A DNA stretch of 64,000 bases from Klebsormidium nitens (GCA_000708835.1 DF237154.1:1-64000); one strand, 5' to 3'. Shown: positions 1 through 13,575, counted from the stretch's first letter. Notes: a model not told the origin generated them from the letters alone. Numbers and translations: made by a program.

Positions 1-1361
1 TTGAGACCCGGGTTAGAAGACCCCCTTGGGGTCCCGAACCCATTGTTAAAAACTCGACTCGATTTGGTTAGGTTTGGACCATTCTATGACCCCAAACGTG
101 ACCAAGGGTTCTGCAGGCGGTTGAATGCCATACTTCTACCTTAAAACGTTTTAGTTGTTTTGCTGTGTTTAAAACAGGGATATTTTCAGCCTCATCTTGG
201 ACGCACATAGGCTTGCGGCCGTTTTGGTTGTTTTATTCTTTTTTAAAGTGGTTTTAAAATCGGAGGGGGGGTCCATTTCCAAAAATAAGGGGTGTTTTAG
301 GCACCTCTCGACGAGCTCTATCCGTTGGTTATAAATAAAACCTTAGCGCTATTCGTTTTATGCGGTTTTAAAAAAATAAGACGAATAAAACACAAGGTGT
401 TTTAAAACTTGAGTTGCCACCTCGTGGCCAGGCTGCAAAACGCACCCTTCGGAGGCAGACGAAGGCAGGCTTTAATACTGGAGAAATTAACTTTTCAAAG
501 AGACTGAAACCCGACTGAAAGCGAGGCGCTCAAAGAAAGCACTCAAAGCTGTAGCATGTAGTCCATGAGTCCATGTAGGGGGCGGCCACCGCGGCGCGAC
601 CCCGACAAAGTTGAAATTGCCGGCGGCTGGCCGCGGGCCGGCCCGCCCGGCCCGGGGCTCGGGATCGACGGCGCGGGCGGCCGGCCTGTGCGCCCGAAAC
701 CTCGCGTAACCGTTGAGCCTCGGGCAGATTCGAACTTGAATTTGCCGCAGGTTTCGTTGAAAGAGAACAGCAGAAAGCTACCGTACAGCAAAGCATGGCG
801 GCCCGGGCTGGCCTTCAGGCTTCAGCAGAACAAGGAGAGGAGCTCAGCTGCCATGAAGGCGATCTACTAGGTACCGTAGACGGTAGCAAATCTTGGTGGG
901 AAGAAGATATGGCAGTACTAGCAGGAATTGGTAGGCTGCGCCGGGCGCTTCTGGAGGTCTGCTGAACACTTTCGGCATGGTGAGAAACCTACCGACATTG
1001 TCAGATGTCAGATGGAAACTGCCGGTGCACCGCCGAGCATCACACTTCACGTCTAGCAGAGTGACACTTAAAAAGGAATTGTGTCAACAGAGAATCACAA
1101 TTCGGGTGGAAGTTGATCATGCTAATTTGCGTAACATTCCAGAAACAATCAACTCCCCGCAATTGGCTCTTTCTGATCAAATATTCACAACTGTTGTAGG
1201 TCTTGGAAGGTCTTTTGTCTCAGAGCAGCCTTGGAAGTTCATCAATCATTCCTCACCTCCTTGCAGGCACAACGATGATCAGGCCGTCAGCCAGTTTGCC
1301 CCTTTCGGCGGAGAACTCCAGCCTGGTTGAATGCTAAGCGACTTCTTGCTGTACCAAAAAG

Positions 1362-4300
1362 ATGGACTCAGAAAACAGCTCTGCTGAAGGGCATGGAAAG
1401 GCTGGATCAAGTGGAGCCGATGTTGCATCCAAGGCATCTGCGCCTTCATCAGAGCCTGCCCTTGGAGAGTCGCTAGGAGCAGCAAAGTGCAGAACACCCA
1501 TAGCATCTGCTAAGACACCGATAGCACATCGGAAAACCCCTTGGAATGTTACTCCTAGAACCACTGCAACCACCCCTTATGCCAAGTCCTTCCTTGCATT
1601 GAAATCGCCAAAGGTGGCTGAAGTCCTGCGGCAGGCAGATACCGCAAGGCTTGAGGCACGGTATCACCTCAAGGTTACAGAGTTGACGAAAGCTGATGCA
1701 GCCATCAAGAAGCTGACAGCAGAGGTGGCGGAGGCAGCGGTTTTCAAGCAGTTGCTTGCTGAGAAGGAGGAGGAGCTGAAAACTCTGAGGGAGGAGCAGA
1801 GAGCTCTGAGGGAGGAGCTGAGGGACTCAAAGCAGGAAACAGAAGAGCTCCAGGTAAGGAATCGTTTTTTAGGAGGTTGTGAACTGATGGAGAATTCTGA
1901 GCAGCAGTAGGACCCTCAACTATGCTTGTGCCTTTGACAGAAGGAAAGGACTTTGACAACTTGCCCTTATCAGACACAACTAGGTAGAGATAGGTGCTCT
2001 ACTTACAGAGATGAATCAAGATAGAGGAAAGCAGACTCACACGGTGGATGGGAGAGCAAAGCAAATCTGACTAGGATCCAACCATTTGTTAAAGATGAGG
2101 AAGCCAGAGAACTCTTCAATTCCGCAAACCAAAAGCCGGCCTCATTCAGCAATATTTGACAGGGCAGGAGGATAGCAGGTCTAGGACCTCTGGTCCAAGA
2201 GTTTGATATGGTGTGGATTTTGTCGGTTTACTGTGATGGGGGCCATATGAGCAAAGGCGGGCCTTGCAGCTTGTTGCAGCCTACTGATCTGAATCAGCTC
2301 TAAGATCAGACACTCAAGCAGGTGCACTAGAACCGAGCCTTTGATATAGACTAGTGTTGTTTCCACTTTGTGCATGATTGGATCACTTGGCCCTGCAAGG
2401 ACACTCTCCAGCCTGGCCAGCAAGAGCAGTCCACAAAGTACATCCAAGTGTCCTGCAGAAGCTACTGATGCACAGCGGCAATGCAATCAGCGGCTTTCTA
2501 ACCACGGTTCTCCCATCCTGGTGCAGAGGGATCACTCAGCGCTTGTGGAGAAGCATTCTTCCCTGGCCAGCGCCCATGCCGCAGCCCTGGAGTCTGCTGC
2601 ACAGAAGGAGCGCCTCTTGCTCAAGGACCAGCAGGCGGCCAGCAACCAGCGCATACGCGAGCAGAGCCTAAGCCTGCACACGATGACTGACATAATGTCG
2701 ATGACGCGGCGGGGTCTGGCGCTGGCGCAGACGATGCGGCGCACGCACTCAGTCAGCTCCCCAACGAACGTGCACAGCCTGAAGGAGAGCCTGATGACAA
2801 GGAGTGCAGCGGTGGGGGTGGGTGAGAGGGCCGAGGGGCGTTTTCGGGTTGAGAAGGGAACGGGGCTTGCAAGTGCTCTTGGTGAGACGAGCAAGGAGAG
2901 TCCTAGCACGGACGAGGGGAACACGTCAATTGACACTGCAGAAGGGGAGCTTCAGAGGGAGCCGTCGCTGATGAGCATCGCTGCCTCGTCCAACGTCCTG
3001 GAGGCCGCCATAGTTCATATCAGCCCGCTCTTCCTAACGGACGTTGCTGAGGCGAATGCCCCCACAACCAGTGGTTCAAACGTGGCGCACTCTGAGCTGA
3101 CCCGTGCTGCCCAAGAGGAGGAAGGGTTTGAACTAGAGCTGCCGATTCCAGGGGAGCTGAGCTTTGATGACGGGGAACTAGCAGGGGGGGACCTCGGGAG
3201 AGATGGAGCCTCGCGGAGAGCCTCTGAAACCGAGCGGAGAGAGTCTGACGTGACGGCAGGAGATGGGAGGGGGCCAGCTGACAGCGCGGGGACTCAAAGC
3301 AGCCCAGAGACGGACAGCCTGAAGCAAAGCTTGACTGGTCTGCAAGAGGAGGAAGACGAAAGGGGAGAAACCAGAGGAGTGTCAACGGAAGGGGCTGGAT
3401 CTGCTTCACTGACCATCTCCCAATGGAGTCCTCGGTCGTCCCCGCTTGTGCTGACGTCATCAGATCGGCGGAGAGAGAGCAGGACATCTGGCAAGGGCAA
3501 ACGAGGCGCCGAGGAATCGGGCATGCGGTCATCCCCCCGGAGTGCTCTAGCATCGATCCAGAACCTGGGGTTAGCCTCATCCTCCGTTTTGACTAACCCT
3601 CGCAAGCCAAAGTACGCCCCATCCCCCGACGTTGAGAACAAGACCCCGGACGCTCAGCTAACCCAGGGGGTTAAGGAGGGAATGCCAGTGGGCCGGCCGC
3701 TGTCAAGCAGCCTGGGCAAGCACTTCTCGCCGAAACGGTCTTCACTGGGTGCGGCTGAAAAGCCATCAGCTGTTTCTCATCTAACCTCTCCCCTGGTCCC
3801 CAAGCCTTCGAGCATCCTGAGCGGGAACTGCCACTTTGATCCCGGCGCGCTCGGAGGCAGGTCCCCAATCGTTGCGCGCTTTGCCGAGAAGAACTCCCCC
3901 CTCCTGCGAGGCTTCCGCCTCAGCCAGGCCTTTGCCAAGCCTGTCGACAGCCCCTCCCGCTTCCAGGATCCCAAGCCCGCACACTTTGGGGGGGTCGTGA
4001 CCCCCTTGGGAACCTCCCCCCCAACTGCACGAAGGCTGCTTGTCGACACCCCTCCGAAGGAACCGGTCAACCCAGAAAACCCCCCGGTCAAAACACCAGA
4101 GGTGGAGGCCGAATGCAAACCCCCTGTTGCGAGCCCATTCCTTGGCTGGCCGATGCCCGCACTCGCAGAGATCATGAATGCAGTCGCCCCTACTCCGAAA
4201 GCTCCCCTGCCTGCTTCTGGTGCGCAGCCCTCTCAGCTGCTCTCGCCTAAAGAGCCAGTCACACCAAAGGCGCTGCTAGCCCGGGCCGACTCTCTCGGGG

Positions 4301-7272
4301 GTTCGCCTTACTTTGCGGATCTGACAACGCCTGTCCAAAGCAGCGCTCCTTCCGAGCGGTCACTGGCCATATCAGGAAGCACAATGGACGGACAGGCAAA
4401 AGGGAGCGGGTTCACGTGGGGCCTCAAGGTGAGGATCGTAGGGTTTAGTTGTTCTGATCACTTCTGCTCCTCGAAGCTAGTAAAGGTTCCTGAGAAGAAG
4501 GTCAATTGTTCTTTGTGCGCTGTTTTTGAAGAGACGTTGGAGTTCCAAAATGTTCACTTTGACACATTGCCTGCTGAACAACCGCAGGAGAAGGATTGAT
4601 TCATTCAGCCGCTTCGTCAGCAAGCCTGCTCGATGCCAACTTTTCTTCCGGTAGACGAAAACTGCCACTCTAGATCCACTAGCATTTGCAACAAGCATGC
4701 CGACCGCTACCTGTCGTCCCTAAACGTGGTTACGCGCGTGCCTCCACTTGCAGGAGCCCTCTCCACAGTTGCCCAAGCTTCCCGGCCTCGCCCTCCCCCC
4801 CAAGCCGCTCCTCGACTACTCCGGTCCTTCCTCAAGGAAACGAACCAACTTCGGGGCCGCTGCCTTCGAGGGTTTCGGCGACGTGTCTGGCCCGAACAGG
4901 GACCTTCGGCTTGACGGCTTCGAAGGGTTAAGCAAGGGTTTGGGCGAGGTTCCGGCTGAGACCGTGCAAGGGTTTGACGCTCCCAGGAGAAGTTTGGCAG
5001 GGATTGCAGGTGAAGTAGAGTCTGAACCTCCAACAAGGAGCGGAGGGGCGACAGAGATTGAGGAGGAAGAGAGGGCGCCGTCGCAGGCGAAAGGGGTTGT
5101 GAGGCAGCGTGTCACAGCGTTCGAGCAGGGGACAATGACGTCAGCTGGGGGTCCGGTGCGGAGGCTGCGCCGGCAGGGCCGGCTCTCGAAGGAGCTGGGG
5201 AGGACACGTGGCAGCACCGCAGAAGGCGGAGAGCAGCCCGCAAAGGAATGGGCGGCCCACGGCGCTGGCGCTGAGCCGAACCGCCCTGTTCGAAACGTCA
5301 CGCTGAAAGACATCACGTCGAAGCGACGCGGCTCTGCCGACTCGGCCAGCGGATCGCTCCCCAGAACCCCCGAGATCGTCGAGTTCGCTCCCGTTTCCCC
5401 CCCATCCGGCGCCCCCCAGACCTCCTCGCCAGTCAACAATCCCCGAGCGCCCCACCCCGGGGGAGTGGGTGTATGCTCCGTGCTCGTGGTTCTGGAAGAA
5501 GGCAAGAAAGGCTCCGCTCGGAGCGCGCAGGAACCCCCGAACGTTATTGGTTGCATCGAGGTTCCGAAGACGACGACTCTGGCGGAACTGAGGGACCAGA
5601 TCCGAGGAGAGCTGGGGGCCAAGGGCCCCGAACGGTTCGCGTTTCTGCAGGCGGGGATTGGTGCCACGTGGCACGCGTTCAGTAGCGAGATCGAGGGTCT
5701 GGTGACCGCGTTAACACTCCCAGTCGCGGACGGGCCCTACCAGTACCTCGCAGGTGAGACGAGAACGTCTTGGCAACAAAGATGACCTCAACTTATATGC
5801 GGATGATGCAACATTTGAATGGGAACGCGGCCCAACTCCAGCTTTCCAGGAATTTTGCGGATTCGCGGTCTGACTTGCAATCAGGGCTAGTTCTGCGAGG
5901 AACACTTCCTCAGTCGTCGGCAGATAGAGCACTTGCAATCTTGGAGGCTTCGTCTGCTTGCGCACGATTTAGATAACATCGCATGCATAATTCTCGTGTC
6001 AAGGAGCTCGAACTTGCGGCTCCGCTTCTCTGGTATTGCATTACAAGAGCTTTGAGAGCTCCATGAACAGGTGAAAGGGGCACCAATGTTATTAGAAACT
6101 ACACGCGAATAATTATCAATGTCACCGCTCCACAGATGCCCCGCTGATATGGTACCTCAATCAATCGAATCTGGTATGGGGAACTCTGTACCTTGCTCCT
6201 TGATCCCCGATTCTGATCGCTGAACCTTTCGCACGGCCGTACAGCCACTCCGCGTGGCTTATAATGCCCAACCTTACTATTTCTGCGCATAACGGTCGAG
6301 AAAGGGCGGAAGTCAAGGTAGCCCAAGTTCAATTCTGATCTGATCACGAAAGAATTGTCTTTCAGGTGAGGCGGCAAATCCGCCCATCTCCGCGAGCCCT
6401 CCAGTTCCCAGCCCGACTCGGCACGCCGTCCGATTGGCAATCCTGCGGCCTCTCCCCGTGACGCGGACCCTGTATTCTGCGAACGGACCGAACGGAGTGG
6501 ACCGGAATGCGGCCGCCGCGACAAAGGACGGTGCAGGACGAGGCCTTGTTGGACGGCCGGCAGAACCCGGTGAGCTCAGAAGCTCTCTAGTTCACAGTTC
6601 TTCATGAAGGTTGAAAGTTTGCGCAAGTTTGGAAGGAGATAACAGAGAGAGACTTCGTGGAATATATCATTCAGGGTTGCTATCGCTGCAAGCATCTCGC
6701 GAGAGAATCTGAGGAACTCCCTTAAGTGAGCGCTTCAGCGGTCGAAGAGCGCTCTGCCTCCCAGGAGGATTTGGCGGGGCGCTGGTTTGGGACCTTTCCC
6801 ACCGCGAGGCGTACAGCTTCTCTTTGAACTCCTTGCAAGCACTGCCGTCCAAAGAAACTCTAGTCAAGCTACGAGTATCATGGTGTCGAAAAGAGGAATT
6901 GGTTGCCTCGTGAGCGGCTTTAGTTCCGATCCTCAAACATTGCAACTTCAGAGGTCGCTAAGAGTTAAGGCGATTTTGAGGACCTTGACTTTGCTTCTTT
7001 CGATCCATTTTTGGCGAAACGTCGCACTCCCCTGCCTCTTTGACTCTTCCCTTAGCTTCGCGAGTCTTCTTCTCCTTCCAGGGGAGGCCCTTTCGGGCCA
7101 AGGCACGCGCTCGCGTCTGCAGAACCAGGCGCCCAGATTCGCAGGCCCTTGGGCTGCAAGGCCCGCTCCAGCGCTGGCGGGGCTGAGCGTCCGCATGACG
7201 GGCGGGCTGCGCGAGGTGGCCATCGCGGACGCGGCCCGCCGCGAGAGCCGGCTGCGGTCCAGGGATAAATGA
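1362..7272 (+). CDS. Multi-exon ~1260-aa protein: N-terminal coiled coil, long Ser/Pro/acidic disordered region, C-terminal putative ubiquitin-like (beta-grasp) domain
   Basis: Exons 1362-1853, 2527-4428, 4754-5753, 6366-6569, 7082-7272 join in frame at GT-AG sites (phases 0,0,1,1), ending in TGA. Coiled-coil heptads at AAIKKLTAEVAEAAVFKQLLAEKEEELKTLREEQ. Segment IGCIEVPKTTTLAELRDQIRGELG..PERFAFLQ fits a beta-grasp pattern (inference). True start may lie in an upstream exon (~750-870). Confidence 0.7.
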
Positions 7273-8865
7273 AAGTTAGCCCTGGCTTGTTGTCGGTGGA
7301 GACCGTACTGAGAGGGAGGGGTCTGATGCAACTCGCCAGGGCGCATTCGAACGAGAGCTGTCGAAAGCTCTAAGCACTACAGATATTGACAAGAAGTCCT
7401 GGTCCTGGGACGCAATTTCGAGAGCTTAACGTTGTAGTTGCACAATCCTCATAACTGTAAGTCGAAGCTATATGTATCAAGGTCTGTACTCAGTAGACAG
7501 GGTAGCCAACAAGAGTCAGAAAATTTAGTGTCACTGCCTGCTATAAGCATATAGCCTTGTCCAGTAAGGTCGCCGTGAGGCAAACGACACAATATTTAGG
7601 GTTTTGATCCTCTTCTCAAACGGTGGAAGTGAAGCGATACATTTTGTACTGCATGATGGGTTGCCGGTAAATTGGATGCGCATAAGTATCTCTCGCACAT
7701 TATAGCAACGTCATGACCCGCCAGGGCATGCGTTTGAGTATGACGGTGCATGCATCTATCTTAGTGATGAGCCGCGCAGGATATAATTGTCGCACGTTCG
7801 GCTAAGAAGCCTCCTGGAGGAGGGGCCCCCCTCGGCGGCCGGGCCTGTTGTTGCCTTATTGAACCGTCGTGGCACTGTTAAAGTGGACGTACACAAGAAC
7901 GTTTCGTCTACCTATATATACTCATCATGCAATCTGGCCCACTCAAGTTTCGCCGCCCGCAATCATCCGGCCTTGATTGAATACCATTCACTGGACACGC
8001 GAGCTTCCTGCAAGCAAGCCGCATCATTGATAAGTTCCTCCGAGTCAAACAGCAGTTGCAATTCTTTGTGCAATCATTGGAGCCTGTACACGGCATGCAA
8101 GGCCGTCGATGATTGGTGTTTTTGAAGCTTATACATGTTCTAATATACTTGCAACCCGATCGGCAGGAGTGATGTGTCTTTCACATCTTTGTGCTGCTTA
8201 AGAAGCGCGCGTCGGCACATGCAAACAGGAGTCCATTGATCCATTGAACATGAATGACGGCCAGTGCCAGGCGCTCAACTTGAGGCCGCGCGGCCGGGAT
8301 CATGCAGACAAATATATTTGATACAATGATCGAGATTCAAGCCGTTGGCGGCTCCCCTCTATCATTGCCGAACAGGATGCATGGCTCGTGATCAACACCT
8401 TCCAATATCATGCGACTGCTTGAGCTAGTATTCAGTCACAGGTGATCGATCGACGCTCAGGCGCGATTGTGAGTTGCGTGCAACCACAGCTGCATAGCTC
8501 GTCCGGCCAGGCTCAGATGCCATGACTTCACAGTACACTGCTTTTGAAACAAGTATCCCGAGTATGGACCATCCAAGCAAAGCCACAGTTTCCTCACAGT
8601 ATACATCTATAGGGTATGAAGTTGATCTCGATCTGTGATTACCGAGTCATACAGTGTCTTATAGAACCGATCACTTCGAAAAGTCTTGAACACGTTGACT
8701 TGACCCCACTTCTAGAAGCCTCCAAGCCAAGGGAATGGCGCAAGAATCCTGTCAATATGTACAGTCCTTCTAACGCTAAAAATGTTTCATGTGGCTACGT
8801 CAACCATATGCGCAAGCAAGTGGTACGATGTCGTGGTCGTCGCTCCCCTTGGCTGCACACGTTTC

Positions 8866-11800
8866 CTAACAGCCGCTGGTCGCATTCGGCTGGGTGCCGC
8901 AGTTGGGCAGGCATATGCCGTCATATCCTTGCTGCAATACGGACGGTGAGGGAAGAGCGCCGCCGCAGCCACTGGCGCAATTGTACCCGGCGGAGCAGTT
9001 CCGGTCGGTGTTGCAGCCAGTGAGACAGCTGGCACAGTTTACGCCTGCCTTGGCAGACGGTCGAACCTGGCAGAGAGCAGCGATAGCTTGTCCAGAGTAT
9101 CTTCCGATAGCATGCGGACCCATCAACCGCAAAAATCGAATTCTTTCGCGGGATGTTGGTTGCTATTGACGTTTCTGCCCTGAGAAGCTCTTGCGTCACA
9201 TTAAGCAAGCATTTATTACTCAGACATCGATATTTGAATTCAAAAACGTCGGCGGAGTTATGAAGGCACTGCTCGCGGGAAAGGGGTGGGTTTGACTGAA
9301 TCCTGGGGATCCAGGGTGCGTATGGGTGCAAAGCAGCACAAAATTCACGTCAGGTTGCCGAAGTAGCTTCACGCTATCTCGACACGAAATTGGGTCGTCG
9401 AGACTTACCCGCCACAGCTGGGTTGCCGCCCACATAAGCGCCGCACGCACAAGTTGGGGCGCACTCGTTGCTCACTCCGTTCCCCAAATTGGTGCACCCC
9501 ACAAGAGGACCGATGGTCGGAGCTGCGAGCAGGCGGACCGTGACAGGGTTAGAAAAGATGACCGTCAACAGGACTCCTTCGATCCATAACAAGGCGTAAA
9601 TGAGAGCGGCCAGAGAAACGCGAGGCCCTTGACGTTGGATGAAAGGGCGGTAGCTAGGGCGTTTAATAATCTGGTCAACGGAGAGTTATTCTAAGTGGAT
9701 GCAAAGAAGAAAAACGTTTTTTCTGACGCGGCGCCTTTTTCCTTATCACGGCCAAAAAAGAGATGATCAATCGGTTTGTAGCGAGTTGACCCACTCCTCC
9801 TGAGCACGGAACACGTGGACGTAGGAACATGGACGCCAAAAAAGAAAATGGCCGTCAAAGGATGCAGCGAGCTTACTAGTTCAATACTTTAGTTTCTGAT
9901 TATCTTCCATTTCTCAGCAGGGAGGCTTGGCTTTCAAAGATCTTCGGAGATATAGCCCGCTGTATTTTGGGGGATTTTCGAAGCTGAGTGAACATCTGGA
10001 TTGCATCATCCGGTTTACGGTCAATGATTCACTGGTATGCACTTCCCAAAATTCGATCCGCAACCAAAGACACAAGCCTAGGGGACGAACCTCCGAGTAC
10101 AAGAGCTTCCGAGGTGTCGAGTAAGAACGGCTTTGAAAGTCTCTCATAGGCGCAACGCATCAATGAAAGCGACCGCTGGCAGAAAGATCGGCCGAAGGAA
10201 TCAAATCAGCACAAGTATCGGAAACCGGTTTTGCACCGACTTTCCACCAAATTAAGCTATCTCAACTTGCAAGAGCCAACAAGAAACGGTCTCATAGCGT
10301 GTGTTACTCACCAGTCAATGACGTGGGGATGGGAGTGGGCGAAGGAAGAGGGGGGATTGTTGGCTGCGGCACGGGTACAAGAGCGGCTGCAATACAGATA
10401 CCAGGCAATGAAAGTCATGGGCTCATTGCAGGCTTTCGTCTAATGCAAGCACGACACGCTCAGATTGCTAAAACTTTCTCCTCACCTTCTGAGGCTCGTC
10501 ATTGTCGGGCTCAATCACCCCCTTGATGGTTAGCACGAAACGGTCAAAGACACCTTCGACTGGCTCGAGCTTTGTCGGTTTTCTTCTAATCAGGTCTGAA
10601 CAAGAGACAATCCTTGTTGGAATGTAGTTGAGGACCGACAAGGGAGGCGGCGCGTGACTCTCGGGCCTTCAAAGCTAAAGTCTAGGACTTGCATGCTGTT
10701 CGCAATTTTCCATGGCCGATCATCCAAGATCGAGATTGGATTCGAGCTCTTAAGATGAACCTTTGAAAGTTCTTGACCTCACGGTCACTTAACCGAGTCG
10801 ATATATAGGAAGCGGCGGATGCGACAGTGATACATTTTCGTTTGCTTATGTAAAGGCCGCGCGCGATATATATATCAATCTCTCACCTCTTGATGCAGAT
10901 TTAGCAGGGTGATCCCCCGAGTGCAAATTGGCCCACACTAACTTATATCATCGGCAGCACATTTATCCACCCACTACTCATGCAAAAGCAACCGGCCTTC
11001 ATGTGACGAGAATGCTTTTCGCATGTGCCGTTCAAGAAAGCGCGGCAGCTGGTCCAAGGCGAAAGTCCTTAGCGAAACCAGTCAGAACTTTCCTTGACTC
11101 TTTGAAGCACAGGGGAACCCGGAATCAATCCATCATTGAACCTACTTGTTGCTCGGTACAACTTCTTCTTCCAGACATACTGGGTGACGAGATTGTCATT
11201 GGAGCCGCTAAGTTTGACACACGTCCAAAAACACGCAGCGACTTGCGAAAGTTGCGGGTGCTCACTGATGGGTGCCCATCCTTTCTCATTCAAACTGAAT
11301 AAAGGCTCTTAGTGTGCGGTTTTAGTCTGGGCGTCGTCAAAATACGCTTTTCGATCTCTAGTACTCCAACGAGCCATAGCAGATCCGGCAATGAGGGGAC
11401 TTACGAACCGTAAATCATATAAACTTAGAAATGGGCGGCAGCGCTGCAACGCTCTTAGTCTGGCACTGCCAAGTCCGAACTATTGCAGCCGACTCACCGG
11501 GACAGGCATAAAGAGGGGCAGTTGTGCCGTCCGGTAAGGTTATCACTTGCGGAATATGCTTTCCGGAGGGAAAGTCGTAGGGACACCATATCAACCTGGC
11601 ATAGGCGCTGTAGGCGCAACCGATAACCTGGGTTGTGTATGGAGTCAAGCCGGCGTACGCAACAGACGGACACGCGTTCCTCACGATTCTCAGATTGCCT
11701 GCAAGCGTCACCAACGATATGACGGGAACAATCACGTGCTTTGTTTGCACTGGACGGCAGACTGGAAATCATTCCATTGCTAGATTTGATCTGGAAAGAA

Positions 11801-12834
11801 AAGAATTGCCTGGATTTGTGGAGTCTGTCGGACCGACTCAGACGTCTTCCGATGCAGGAATGCACAAAAATCGCTCATGGTGATCATGGTACACTTCTCG
11901 CCTACTAAAAAGGCAAAGCAGCTTGAAGTTCAAGCGAGCCTCCTTTGTTTGAATACAGTACCTGTTGGATCAACCGCGTATGGGCATTGTGGACCGGTTG
12001 GATCCCCGTTTGTGTTTTAGAAACAATCGGCGTTGTCTGGAGGTGCCCCGAATGCACACCCAACCTGGACGAGAATGCCGTCCTCTCGGTATGGTCCAGC
12101 CATGGATGGACACCCTCCGACGGCTGGACGAAAGACAACAGAAACGGAGAGGGAGATTGTTAAAAAGCCGGATGACGTCAGCGATTGAGAATTGACTTTG
12201 AGGACCTTCACAAACATCAATGTGATAGAACGCCTTTATGATTAGCCAGACTCATTCTAGCTGAGTCAACTCCAGCACGGCGTTGAACCAGGCCGGTCAG
12301 CTCGACCCTTCTCCCATGAAAACTGCTGATCAAACCGCTTTTCTTAATTGAAAAGCGAATGTAGGACAAGCGTGAACTGATGAACGGGTATTCTTGAGGC
12401 AGCATCCCCTGCCAAACTTTCCACACATTGAAGAGACTGTTCTGGCTAGCTTGATACTTGCAATCATGACGCACTTTTTCGAAGTAGAAATGATTTTTTC
12501 CGTGTTCAGTCTGCAAGCAATAGATCATTCGAGAGATAAAGCAACGGGGAGATCGGCTACGCAATACCATAAAGCATGGGTGGTTTTTGGCGGTAAAGAT
12601 ATGACTCTTGAATGCAGTATCCCGGGTATGACCATAGAGCGGTCACTATGATCAAAACGTTTTGAACATTTGCGCGCTGAGAACTATTTCTGAGTACGGT
12701 CTCAAAGGGCCCTCTTGTCGAAAAGAGTGTCGCTTACATGCATACTCCGCAGACGTATCCCGCAAAGCCCCCAGCAGAGCCAGCAGTGCCAGCAGCATTC
12801 CCCGCGGAGTGGGCACCGGAACCGCCGCTGCCAT
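8866..12834 (-). pseudogene. Secreted modular Cys-rich protein, copy A (disrupted paralogue)
   Basis: Exons 12834-12738 (signal peptide MAAAVPVPTPRGMLLALLALLGALRDTSA), 12123-11962, 11698-11498, 10386-10312, 9522-9409, 9066-8866 are homologous to copies B and C. In-frame TAA at 12017-12019 where B and C have Tyr (C-H/F-Y-N/D-T-N-G). Last exon is 201 nt, one base longer than frame allows. Confidence 0.85.
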
Positions 12835-13254
12835 AATCACGTCAATTGCTTTGAGAGGGGTTGACGAAACCTTAACCTGCCTTGATGGAGGTTCACTCGC
12901 TGCTGCTTTGCAACTCTTGTTTTCGTTGAGGCTTCGACATAAATGCCGTCCGCTTGCTCTGCTTTTGTGGGAGAAGCGGTTTCTAGGTGAGAAGTTTGAA
13001 GTCCATCCTGTTCATTCCAACGCCCTTTAGAGTGAAAGATTGCAAGATCTAAGCCAGCTTAGCACTATGGCACTGGAGCAAGTCTATAAGTGGTTTGAAT
13101 GGAGCCAAGCTGACTTCACGCAGGAAGACATGCGTCAGGCTGACGTAGCTAGTGAGACGCACAGCGGACGAGAGAGCGTCCGTCGTTGGAGCAGCCTTCC
13201 TCCCTCGTTTGCCATCTTTGGGTAAGCGTCGTGCCCGGATAAGTCTGCCCGCAC

Positions 13255-13575
13255 CTCGGGGAGCGTCGAGGATAGCGCCGAGGATACTTTGGTGATTAGC
13301 TCCGAGGATACGCTAGAGATAAGCGTCGAGGATACTTTAAAAAACCGCGCCGACGAAAGTTTGGAAGATAACGCCCAAAATAGCGCCTCGGATACTGTCG
13401 AGAAGGGCGCCCGAAGATTGAAGATTAGCGCCGAGGATAGGATGGAAATCAGCGTCGAGGTTACTTTAGAAGATAGCGCCGATAATAGCGCCTAGGATGG
13501 GGTCGTGGAGGGCGCCGAGGATAATTTTTCCACAGCTAGCTTCGAGGATAGGGCCGAAAATAGCGTCGAGGATTG
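13255..13575 (+). repeat. Degenerate ~12-bp tandem array (consensus ~AGCGCCGAGGAT); inverted shorter copies at ~15040-15200 and ~20850-20990
   Basis: Repeated gcgccgaggata/gcgtcgaggata units; translates as SAED/SVED repeats in one frame. Confidence 0.7.

Noticed and set aside
4816-5667. Long minus-strand ORFs (also 49622-50764, 50425-50940, 52138-52722, 23301-23903)
   Set aside because: They are shadow ORFs of GC-rich sense-strand exons or repeats.
5850-5890. Short alternative last exon for gene 1 (GILRIRGLTCNQG*)
   Set aside because: Exons 6366-6569 and 7082-7272 have stronger acceptors, matching phases and much longer open frames. It cannot be excluded as a minor isoform.
12017-12019. In-frame TAA in copy A as a sign of stop-codon reassignment (TAA=Gln, as in some ulvophytes)
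   Set aside because: It aligns with Tyr (TAC) in both paralogues, the same gene has a frameshift, and TAA/TAG terminate other genes here normally.
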